DNA from: Epithemia pelagica
Taxonomy: Eukaryota > Protista > Bacillariophyta
DNA length: 64,000 nt
NCBI GenBank assembly: GCA_946965045.2
Contig: OX337235.1
Location: 186,001 to 250,000 of the forward strand
Direction: 5' to 3'
Shown here: positions 1 through 10,900 of the stretch, in pieces
Position numbering within the stretch: the stretch's first letter is position 1
Layout: the number at the start of each line of letters is the position of its first letter
Made by a program: the position numbers and the translations under genes
The notes under the pieces: model-generated
Seen by the model: the letters and a program-made list of their open reading frames with translations, nothing else
The model's database searches: none
Told to the model about the DNA's origin: nothing

Positions 1-24
1 GTTGTTTCCTCTCCTACCAATGCC

Positions 25-663
25 ATGCCATCGGCTTCTACCACTCCCACTCGAAGCATTCCGATTCGAACGGCGGCCACCACAACCAATCACGCGGTCA
101 GCGAGAGTATTGCACTCAAACGGACCTCTTCGGAACTGAGATTGTTGGAAGAAGAACAACAAGCTGATCTTCGCGATTACATTTTCTTTACACGGCTCGT
201 TCAAGGCATTGCCAATCGCGAATCACCCGTCCAAGAGGAACCTCAAGATTCACCACTGGAGCCATCACAAGCTCAAGATCGTTCAAGACTAACGCCTTCG
301 TTGGGACCCTTTTCTCATGATAGGGATGACGAAAGTCTTCAAGAGCGACGCAGAAGGCGTTGTAGTCCATGGCTGCAACGACAGAATGAAATATGTTTGG
401 CACACATTATTCGAACACGAAACGGCTATCAGGATGGAGACCATCGCTCTTCCATGATCACCAATGGGCCTCCATCAACGCCCATGACTCCCATGTACCC
501 TGCTTCTCGGAACAATGGCAGTGTCGGATATCACAACCGGGTTCAGTATAACTACCAGGACCACTATGGCTCCCTGCCACAACAACCATTCTATTCCGCT
601 GAGCCACCAACGGCTTCTTCTCCGTATGCTCCACAAGAAGACATTTTCGACATGGATTGGTAA
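25..663 (+). CDS. Diatom-type hypothetical protein (212 aa)
   Basis: ATG-to-TAA ORF. Motif LKRTSSELRLLEEEQQADLRDYIFFTRLVQGI and acidic end EDIFDMDW resemble, from recall, a recurrent diatom protein family of unknown function. Confidence 0.7.
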   Translation: MPSASTTPTRSIPIRTAATTTNHAVSESIALKRTSSELRLLEEEQQADLRDYIFFTRLVQGIANRESPVQEEPQDSPLEPSQAQDRSRLTPSLGPFSHDRDDESLQERRRRRCSPWLQRQNEICLAHIIRTRNGYQDGDHRSSMITNGPPSTPMTPMYPASRNNGSVGYHNRVQYNYQDHYGSLPQQPFYSAEPPTASSPYAPQEDIFDMDW

Positions 664-1622
664 AGAACACCCTTTCACCTTGATTTGCTGGACTTTCACC
701 TATCTACTACTACTTCTGCTGCTGCTTGACATTTATGGGAGAGAACTCGCGCTTTTAATCCACACTATACTTATCATTATTATTATTAGATAGATCAGAT
801 TTTGATGCGCTGCAACTTGCGACAATCCTTAGAAATGCACGTCTTCTATTCCCTAATCTATTTCAAAGCGCTTTTGAGCAAGGTAGAGTTAACAGGAAAA
901 CTTGTAGATGCTGACTGGCTGTTGCCTTTTCGACTAGAGCTACGATAATCATACTTAGCCTTTTCCACCCTGAGAGCTCTCAAGTTACATGCTTCAGTGA
1001 TTGTCCTGGTACCTGGTGCGAAGGACCAAAGGGCCGCTTCCCACTCTGTCCATTCGACTCGATAGCATGTGCCAATCAACCGCTGTTTGATTTTGATGGG
1101 CCAACCATCAAACACCCAATGAGAAGATTCGGTTTTGGGTTGGACCATCCGAATCCCGACTGTTTTGAAGCGAATCTCTCGAAGGATGTCAAACGTCAAC
1201 AACGACTCGGCTACCCCTATCGTAGAGGGATGCTCTGGTAGCTAGATCATGACTGAGTTGTCGGCAGTCATTTCAACTCTGTCGGTAATAGTCTTGAATC
1301 CATGCCCGTTGATACAGCTTTGGTCGCATTCCAGTCCATCATCTCAAATCTCAGAACTCTTTTTTCAAGCGGAACGATCCAAACCATGTCGAATAAGGAG
1401 CCTTTCCTTTCCTACTCCTGCCAAAATGTAGAGCGCACTGCCGCTATACTACTCCTACAAAAGAAAAGACAGAGGGACCGACTAATTTTGGGCGTTGCCT
1501 GAGACAACACTTCCATACCGGCTCCTCACCGAGTACCACACCCCACCAAGCGGTATCTTTTTGCCCCAACCAAATATTTTGTCTCGATTTCGCCCACATT
1601 GCCACCGATCTCTTGGACCAAA

Positions 1623-1916
1623 ACCTCCCTGCGTGTAAATTCCTGTCGAATGTCGGCAATGATGCATCGCTCCGTCAGCCTCACAAAAAGGAAGTCCCGG
1701 TACCCTATCAACGGTTCAGCTCCACATGTCAACCATAAACCATCGTCTGTTCATGCTACTGGGCAGCTACCCTCCCTGCGTGTAAATTACTTTCAAATGT
1801 CGACAATGATATATCGCTCCGTGAGTCTAACAACAAGTAAATCCTGGCACCCTCTCAACGCCTAAGCTGCATATGTCAACCATGAACCATCGCTCTGTTC
1901 AAGCCTCTGAGCAGCT
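1623..1916. repeat. Two degenerate ~147-bp tandem repeats upstream of PLAT-like gene copy 1
   Basis: cctccctgcgtgtaaatt...caatgat(g/a)(c/t)atcgctccgt...tgtcaacca..aaccatcg..gcagct starts at 1624 and again at 1771. Confidence 0.85.
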
Positions 1917-2984
1917 ATCCACGATGCAATGAGAGAATTACCCCTGAGGAGCGAGCATTTCTCTTTTTGCCCTCAGCACAAGGCTCATAAATTTGCCTCG
2001 ACGAGTTCTGGACACCTCTCTAAGAAATCTCAACGTTCGTTATCACCATTTCCTTCATCAACATGTTGAACAAATTCGCAATCGCCTTGTCCGTGATTCT
2101 GTCTCTCACCATGGTCTGGATGCCTACGGCAGCTGCTCAGCGTGGATACCATGGCAACGCCAACAAGAATCTGTCACCTGCGGAGCACACCAAGCCTCGA
2201 CATTGGCCACTTGGAGCTCTTCTGCGTTCATTTCGGACGGCTGTTTCGGTTCTTTGTCAGAATGTCGAGGCAGCCCCAAAGTCTCTGGACAAAGCTAACA
2301 CTGCAAATACTATTGTTGCGAGCTCTTTCGTGTTCATTTCGAACGGCTGTTTCGGTTCTGTGTTAGAGCTCGTACTTGAAAGACACAACAGTTCGTGTGC
2401 GAAATCTGGGTCGTCCAAGGACGGGTCGGCGAGAATGCCACCGTCGCATTTGCAGAAAGAAGCACGGCAAACAGCAAGCTTCCCAACCGGCAACACCGTT
2501 TGCTTGTCATCTTGTTGAAGAGGGGACACAAACAATTCCATTGATCCGAAACTCTTTTTCAATTTGCACGGCCACTCATGGCAACAGCAACATGGCATCA
2601 ACCAACAACCAACGTAACTCTCACCACATAATGAAGGAGAGTGATCCGTGGGTTTTGGCAACAGTTGGTAATCGCCACGTCATTTTGTTCGCCATCTGGT
2701 TCCGTCACGATTTCTGCGCGACCAAAAATAAATGGAGATAAGCGAGGGTGGTGGTCCGCACGTCGCACGTCGTCCATCCATCGCCAGTCAGATATGCGAC
2801 GCAAAAGCGACCTGATGAGGAGTCCCGACCAAAACATGGCGGGATCAAAATCGACCCAGGCTTCTCACACTTCACACAATACACAATGATTGTGAAATGC
2901 GTTCCGATCTCCTTCCTCCAATCTGCTTCCGAGTAGACATGCAACCGGGTCGAGTGTCGAGTGCGCAAAACTTCGTTCCACTAA

Positions 2985-4363
2985 CCCTCGGTATCAGTGT
3001 CCACTGCTTAGCTGTTTTTTGTCTGTGCCACCTTCATAGGTTCCCAAGTCGACACAGACAGAAAATTTCACTTTTGACGCAAATGGAAATGACTAAAATG
3101 CAAATTGGCACGCATACCCAGCTGGAGTTTTCGCAGTTCATGAATCAGACGCATGCCCAGTAAGCGGCCCTGCGTGGATGACGGTTGGTTGGTCTTTGCA
3201 GAATGCGCCATCCAAATCCCCCATAAAATCATACAGAGGCCATCACCCACAATGGCATGGCATGAATTGTCGCCTTTCACGCAATTGAGGTAAGTTTGAA
3301 CGTACAAAAATGTTTCCATGACAGCAACAGCTCTTGTACTGTCATTCTAGCTTCTCCCTCACACTTGTATTCGTTTTCCTCTTCTGATATTCGGCATTCG
3401 ACAACTGTCTCTCGCTCTGTCCACTTCATTGAGAGTGAATGTTTGTGCCTATGGAATGCCAATTCTCCATTCGAGCCTCGGCATAAAATTGGAGACCACA
3501 TAGAGCTTCTTTTCTTTGTATATTAGGAGTTTCTAGATTTAATCTTTCATAGATTTTGTAAGATCGTGCGTGTTATTGCCGTGCTTTCAACAACCATGAC
3601 ACTCTGGTGCAGGTTTGAGGCCATCTTGAAGCATATCTGATCGACTCTGTGATCTATGACGACTAGTTTGAGTAGGCCTAGTGGCAACAAGCTGCCTCAG
3701 TTTGTCGTCATCTCTAGGTCTAGGTACTTGAGTACCCGACACACAACGAAAGGTTCTTGATCTGTGGTCGACATGGAGATGGGCGAAGCACAATGATGAG
3801 AGTAAAAAAACATGCTACAAAAATAAGAACACAACCAACCAACAATCAAACAGCACTACGATTAAAGCAAGGAGAAGTTGTGGCAAACGGCCTACAATGA
3901 CTTGTCCTCCGTTCATTGCGACAAAATCAAAGGAGCACCAACCATCAACATTAACAGGGACAAAGATTAATGAGATAACGTGTGAGAAAACTATGCAGGA
4001 GATGAAAGAAGCTAAGAGACAAACAACAAGCAACAAGAGAGAAAAACCAAAATACTGCTTCAGGTCGCAAGGATTCGGAAAGAGCTCGTTTCATGGTCAA
4101 AGTCGATGTTTTTGACATCGCGTGAGATTTTTGTGACGAGACGAGAGTCGTGTGAAAGGATTCCAAATTTGAATCGTGGTCACGGTCATAGGAAGATGCT
4201 AACCGCCAACTGTCACTTGCACGCCGGCATTTCCACCAGCACGAGGAACTATATTGGTGAAAAGGACAGACGAAAAGTGAAATTTTCTGTCTGTGTCCAC
4301 CTGGGAACCTATGAAGGTGGCAAAGACAAAAAACAGCTAAGCAGTGGACACTGATACCGAGGG
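2985..4363. mobile_element. Nested MITE with ~91-bp TIRs (CCCT...AGGG ends, tentatively piggyBac-like)
   Basis: 2985-3075 is the near-perfect reverse complement of 4273-4363. Non-coding interior. Flanks ctaa/tttg are not a perfect TTAA TSD. Confidence 0.75.
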
Positions 4364-4533
4364 TTTGGGGGTACAAGTAGAGCATATCGTCGGGGAAAGA
4401 TTCCGATGCCCCTTAAATTAATTTACATGATCAGGATATCTGTCTGATTGGTGGAAATTCTCCCAGTGACGTGGCTGATGGGGCGTACACAATATCGTAT
4501 AGTGAAAGATGCATCAGAGCTCAAAGACATACA

Positions 4534-5851
4534 TCATCCATCTCTCAATGTCCAATCAGACGTAACTACCATCCTTTCGACAACCAATCGAGGTGGTGCG
4601 TACGATGTCCTTTGACCCAAGAGGGCAACTGCCCTTGCACCAACTGCAACAACAACAAGAGCAAGACCATACCAACGGCAAGAGAGAAGGTCATGGAGGA
4701 TGTTGTTTGAATCTCTGTGACATCGACAATCCTTCATGATTTGAACTGGGCAAAGGCGGTTGACAGTTGGTTCTCTTTCCTGTTGGTCGTCGCAAGTTCG
4801 TTTGAAAAGCATTTGGCTGTTACTCTCCTAGGTAGTTTGAAACATGGTGCGATCTTTCTTGTCGATTTGAATGTCGTCTGTAGGTATTGCATGTCGTAGG
4901 ATTCAAACATCTCCCCAAGTAGACGAGATACTCGTACCTACCGAACTAGCTTGACACCATTCGTAGTCGAATGCCGACTGTCATCTCAGCTCTTATGGTA
5001 AGCACCTTCTCGATTGCGGCTGGGACCAATGAAGTCTAGTAAACGAGAGGTGTACGAAGATTGATACGATCAGTATACTAGCCTTCGACCTCTTTCCTCT
5101 CGCACCCACACACATTCGTAGCTTACGGATATATCCTAGTTTCGGTTCTTCACGACGCCACAGTGCTTCGTTCGTCTTGCGGCCGCATCTTTGTCATGTT
5201 TGCGGAACTCCCACCAAAACACTGAACGGTCCTCCTCGTTCCACGTGTGTTGTTGACGTCGTGGCTGTTATTGTTGACTTGGTGTTGCAATTCCTCCACT
5301 TGGTGTCGATATTGTTGGGATTCGTGGAGCAAGTGCGTCAACCGTGTGGACCACACCGCGGAGTGTGTCGTCGTTTCGAGTCCGGTTTGGTCGGGTGTAG
5401 TAGCAGCATCCGTGGGCAATGCTGGTGATTGTATATTAACTACTACAACCTGAGCTAATCGCACCATCACTGTCCGTCGATTCGTCCTAGTCGTCGTTGG
5501 GGCAACTCGGGTCCAACTCATTGTCATGGTCGTCGTCTGATAATGGTAGGGGATGCGTGTGACTCAGTGGGGGACTGGAATCGCTCGTTGTCGACAGTGA
5601 AATCGTCCAAACAAGTATTGAGCTTTCTGTTCGTCGTTCTCGTGATGTAACACATCCTTGTCATCTGGGGAATCGCCCAACAGAGGTGGTCGTGGTTGCC
5701 AGAGGCGGTGATGCCATGAAGTCCAAAACTGAAACAAAGGGAACAGGGCTTGTTGGTGTTGTGCTATTACTTTTGTTGGCGTTGGGCGCGTTCCACGACA
5801 GGCAGGTTCGTCAAAGTGTCCACATTCTAGAACCGCATCTCCATGATGCAA
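4534..5851 (-). pseudogene. Degenerate host-gene-like fragments inside the TIR element
   Basis: Broken ORFs in diatom-gene style, including a coiled-coil-like stretch (LLHESQQYRHQVEELQHQV) and a hydrophobic stretch near 4650-4700. No family recognised. Confidence 0.3.
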
Positions 5852-6245
5852 TATGATACCACCCTACAAAGTGCTGTGCTTCAGTTCTTTGCACTACTCG
5901 TTATATATCTTCTATCGTCCCAAACCCCATTTGTCGTCCCACGTGCTCGACGTAAGACTTTTACGTCAACCAAGGTAAAGAATTTCCCTGTTCGGCCGCC
6001 GTCTGCTTCTTGAGCCAAGCGACAGCCCCGTCATTCAATAAATTACTGCGTTGATTGGTAATAAGCTTCTAGGAGTCACACCTTTCTTTGACTTTGAAAG
6101 ATTTGGTCTTCCACGCGCATAGTATCCATCTTGTTGTTTGCCACATACATTGCATATGTGTGTGGCAAACAGCAAGATGGATAGTATGCGCGTGGAAGAA
6201 AAATTACGATTTCTGCTCTTGTACCTTTACTCATTGCATACAGTT

Positions 6246-6342
6246 CGCAGCAATAGTATTTGCAGTGTCAGCTTTGTCCAGAGACTTTTGGGCTGCCTCA
6301 AAGTCTCTGGACAAAGCTGACACTGCAAATACTATTGTTGCG
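6246..6342. repeat. Near-perfect palindrome (43-bp arms, 11-nt loop) at the junction of two TIR copies
   Basis: 6246-6288 pairs with 6300-6342 with one mismatch; loop tgggctgcctc. Confidence 0.95.
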
Positions 6343-6687
6343 AGCTCTTTCGTGTTCATTTCGAACGGCTGTTTCGGTTCTGTGTTAGAGCTCGTACTTG
6401 AAAGACACAACAGTTCGTGTGAGAAATCTGGGTCGTCCAAGAAGCTTACTGTTTGCCGTCCTTTTTTCTACAAAGGCAACTTTCTGCAGGTCGTCCACCT
6501 CAGAAGTTTTGCTCACAAATGGACTGAATAGAGAGCATCAAGGAAAGAGCTTCCATGTTCGAATGCTTACAACTCACAAAAAATCCACGGTTCGCAAGCT
6601 CACAACTCACAACGTAGCAATAGTATTTGCAGTCGCAGCAATAGTATTTGCAGTGTTAGCTTTGTCCAGAAACTTTGGGGCTGCCTC
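6299..6687. mobile_element. Short (MITE-sized) second copy of the same TIR element, fused to the long copy
   Basis: 6299-6441 repeats 2277-2419 (143 bp, 2 differences seen). 6634-6687 is again the reverse-complement TIR ending ggggctgcctc. Confidence 0.7.
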
Positions 6688-7677
6688 GTCGTGTCAAGAA
6701 AAATGACAGCGGGGACGACGAAGAGGAATCGTTTGATGTCGTCCTTGGTGTACCAGACGCTCAGACCAACGCGGTTAGTCTTGGAGTGGTGTTGCGCAGT
6801 GGAAACCAAGAATACTACGGCGGAATTGATGGTTCTTTTGCGCAGGGCGCTACTGTCTCGGTTACCCTGAGTGATGTTCCGTTTTAGGCCATTGACTCTC
6901 TTCGACTCTATACCCTTGCTAGCAATGGAGTCAATCTTGTGGGCGGCACCCTTGAAGTCGTCGGGGTCTTGGACGCTGTCTCACTCAAATTCTCTGCTTG
7001 GGGCTTCGATGGAGTCGGTATTTGGCTCGACAATCCTGTCCAAGAGATTGCCACTGATGCTGGTCCCGTCTCCACTTGTTGGGAGGTCTGTGTCGACGAA
7101 CCTGCAAAGTTTTGCAATCTCCCGTAGTTTTTCGTGTCATTCCAGCGACAAACCAGTTTCATGTTTCACTCCATACAAACGACGAAAAGTTCCATAATAC
7201 ACAAATAGTGATGTCTCGGTGACTAAAACTACTGCTCCTAGGTTGTCTGATAGAACAGCTTTGCGGTTTTCAATGAGCCATGTCGTAGTCGTCAGGGTTA
7301 TTCAATCTCTCGCTAGATGCCATACGTGAACAATGACTCGGCTACCCTTATCATAGAATGATGCACCTGGCTGTGCTTTCGGTAAACATGTCCTCTAGAG
7401 CCGTCGGTAATAATCTAGATAGACATCTAATTTATCCTGCCATGTCCGCAGAATGTTATTTGGTCGCTTTCCAGTCTAACGGCTAAGGACGACATAGTTA
7501 CCGGCACCAGGAATCCCTTGTCCCAAAATTTGGAGGTCGGCACGGCAGTGACCGGAAAAAGATTAATAGGAGTATTACGGCACCAGAAGCCGGCGAACGA
7601 ACTATCCATGGTCACTGAATCGTATTGTATTCAGCGGCTGCGAATAATAACTTCCTTACCGGGTAGCGGGTCCCTGA

Positions 7678-7846
7678 TGAAAAGGGTATGTATTCGTAAA
7701 ATTATGATAGAAGATTACCTAGTTCGTACGTTCCTAAAAGATATGCAAGTAGTGCGTCATCCAGAGTGTGAGGCTGGTTGGGCAAGGTGACGTCGACCCT
7801 ATACGTCAGCCCTATGGCTAGTCTCCATTAGGTCGCGCCCTTTTCA
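7678..7846 (-). repeat. 3' LTR (169 bp)
   Basis: Identical by eye to 14607-14775. Confidence 0.97.
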
Positions 7847-7856
7847 CTCCCTCTCA
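7847..7856 (-). other. Polypurine tract (TGAGAGGGAG on minus strand)
   Basis: Purine run abutting the 3' LTR. Confidence 0.85.
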
Positions 7857-7913
7857 GCCGAACACGGATGAGATAATGGCTTTGAAATGTGTAAATTGTG
7901 AGAATAGATTTGG

Positions 7914-10900
7914 TCACCACCCACAGAGGAGCTTCCGAATGTGTTCGAATGTGGTTTGTGTGAGACCTTTCGTCAAGATGTCGGCGCGTTGTTGTGTCGT
8001 ATCCACTTTGACGACTCGCAGCCGATCACTGATATGCTGTCGAAACCAATGAATCTTAACAGCGTAGTATTTCGATCGTGGTGTGATCCGCCCGGGTTCT
8101 AGGTTGGCCAAAGTCAAGGCTCCCATGTTATCTTCCCAGATTGTCGTTTTAAATGTTGTTGTGTATTCTTTGCTGAGCCCAACTCCTTCTGCAACGTGGG
8201 TCAGCAACTCTTGTAGTGGTAGGACCGATTTCAACGACTCGCTCAGTGCGTTATATTCGGCCTCCATAGTGCTCAAGGCAATGGATGTTTGTAGTTTACT
8301 TGTCCAAACCATGGGACAATTTGCCAGACAGATCACAAATCCTGTACGACTTTTCACACAGGTCGAGTCCAGCTTTTCTTCATATGGCCACAATCCAGCG
8401 AAGTCGGCATCGACAAAACAATCGATGTCCAGACTTGTGGCGGGCTTAAGGATCAGTCCTTGGTCTTGCGTGTGCTTAAGGTACTGTCCAATCTTTTCAA
8501 CCGCTTGCTCATGGGATCTCTTTGGACTGAAAGCAAAGCGTGCACATTGGCTCACCGCATAGGTAATGTCGGGGCGACTGTGTGCCTGTAAATATTGTAG
8601 CATCCCAATCACACTTGCATAATTGTATCTGCCTTGTGGGGGATCTCCATTCTTGTCCTCTATCAGGGGCTTAGAAAGAGCTGGGGTACAACTCCGGTCC
8701 AAGTCACCAACTTGTAGGGCCTCTAAGATGCGTTTAATCAAGCCCTTCTGTACCAGCTTGATTGTTCCTTGGGTCTCGTCCCTTTCAATATGGACACCCA
8801 GAAAACCAGCAACGCTATCCTCAACATCGAGTTCTGCGTGCTCTTCGGTTTTCAGTCTGTTGAGTACCTCATCAATGTACTCTCTTTTGGGACTGTAAAA
8901 TAGCGTGTCATCCACATAGACTACGGCTATTACCTTGTCCGAAATAAATAGGCATGGATCAACCGAGTCCTGGGCAACAAAGCCGACTCGTTCCAATTGC
9001 CCTTTAAAGTGTTGAAAGAAATTCCGTGGGGCTTGTTTCAGGCCGTACAGTGAACGCTTCAGCTTCAGTACTTTGCCGTCTTGTCCGAATCCTCTGGGCA
9101 TCTCAACGTAGACACCGCTCCTTTCCCGCTCTTGACGTGTCATTGAGTCCCATTTGGGATCACGATCAATTGGGGCGTGAAGGAATGCCGCAGTATAGTC
9201 TACCTGCACCGTTGCAAGGTTAAGGATAATCGACAGGATAAGCATTAGGCGGACTGTAGTCCAGTTTACCACTGGAGCAAAGGTGTCGAAGAAGTCTATC
9301 CCTTCCACCTGGTAATCTCCACGAGCACAGAATCGTGCTTTCAACTTCTTGACCGTTCCATCTGGGAAACGCTTTCTCTTGAACGCCCAAGTTGATGGGA
9401 TGACGTTCATCCAAGGTTCGCGATCGACGACTATCCAGGCTTTCATCAAGCGGAATAGCGTATCGATCTCCTTCTTGCATGCTTCCATGAAGCCAGCAGC
9501 ATCTGGTCCACTCATGGCTTCGTTCCATCGTGGGTTATCTGCTGCGTCGGCCTTGGTAATGAGGAACATCGGATGCATAGCTTCCACAGTTCCCGTCTTA
9601 GGGTTGGTGTTCATAGCTAGGATGCGACTCATCAGCGTTGACTGAGATGACTTGAGGTCACGAATGGTTGAGGTCCAATCAAGTCTTGCCAGGAATGAAT
9701 CGTTAAGGCAGTCACGTTTCACCTTGAGTCGCGCATAATCGTCGTGACCAAATAAGGCGTGTTCTTTCCACCGTTCGCGCGAGTACGCAGCATACTTAGG
9801 ATTGGGCTTGCGTGCGCGCTTGCCACGACCAAAATGCATTTCATCCGGCTGTTCCAGGTGCTGGGCACGTCTCATTTTCTCCTGTGCCCGGACTGGATCT
9901 TCCACATCCTGCTCCTCATTCTCAAAAATCACAACTTCGTCTCCAGAGTCAATGGTGGAGTTGTTTGGGCCGTCCCATACTCCATCCATCACCAAAGGAG
10001 GAATCAAGTCCTGGGGATCGTCGTCAGGAGGAGCTGCTGGTGGATTTGGCTCCACATCCAAATCAAGGGGAGGAAAAAGAGGTTCCCCATCGTTGATCTC
10101 ACCATCACCATTGTCCTCTCCCTCTGGAGCCAAGGGCACCAGAGCTCCCTCTGGAGCGGCCGCTCCCTCTGGAGCAGGGGCGCGTGGAGGAAGGATAGGA
10201 GGCATAGGCAAGGGGTTAATACGCGCCATGTCGTTTTGTTGGTGCCGTAGGGCATCAATCTCGTCAGGAGTGAGCCAATCTTGGTGGAGGGGTGGTGGCT
10301 GGGGCTGCTCGTCCTCAAAGTCACCATCATCAATTCGCTCCAGACCACAGGCCACCAACTGGTCCCAAAAAGACCCAGTAAACATATCTTGTTGTAGGAC
10401 ACCGCCGGTTTCGGCATTAGGAACACTTGAAAAGAGGTCGTCGTAGACGACGTGATATTGCGGGCTAACATAGCCAGTCGCAATATTCAGAATTAAGCCC
10501 ACCGTGCTAGAATGGTCGGGAGAAACGCCAAGATATTGCCCTCGTCGGGCACGTGGCGACCATTTAGGGAGCTTCTTTCCGTCCTGAATCTTGGGGTCCA
10601 GTACATATACTGGGCATCCCCACACATGGCTTCGATGTAGATGGTCCAAGGTAGGGAAGACTGTGCCAGAGAAAAGTTCAAGCGGGGCCATAAACGAGCC
10701 ACGCTTGGGAAGGTTATTCCACATCCATACTGCGTGGTTGAGGGCAAATGGCCAGAGGCTTAAATCGTGAGCATGCTCAGGCCAGTGCAACACAGCGTGT
10801 AGCATCATAGTACGGGCCCAAGAGGTTACCGTACGAACGCCGCGCTCGGCCACACCGTTTTGGTGATGGGCCCCCACACCAGAAAACGACAGGGACTGAC

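Larger units (their letters stand above)
2267..6299. mobile_element. Non-autonomous TIR element, long copy (54-bp TIR starting GAGGCAGCCC); superfamily unresolved
   Basis: 2267-2320 gaggcagccccaaagtctctggacaaagctaacactgcaaatactattgttgcg is the near-perfect reverse complement of 6246-6299. No transposase ORF recognised inside. Confidence 0.7.
2063..7211 (+). pseudogene. Disrupted paralog of the secreted PLAT-like gene at 15293-15982
   Basis: The 5' part 2063-2199 (MLNKFAIALSVILSLTMVWMPTAAAQRGY...HTKPR) and the 3' part from 6683 (PRRVKKND...GSFAQGATVSVTLSDVPF*) both align with the intact copy. They are separated by a ~4.5-kb insertion, and the 3' part has in-frame TAG stops at 6885-6887 and 7125-7127. 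Confidence 0.9.

Noticed and set aside
858-1202. 114-aa minus-strand ORF
   Set aside because: Non-ATG start, no recognisable motif, and it overlaps the edge of the duplicated unit.
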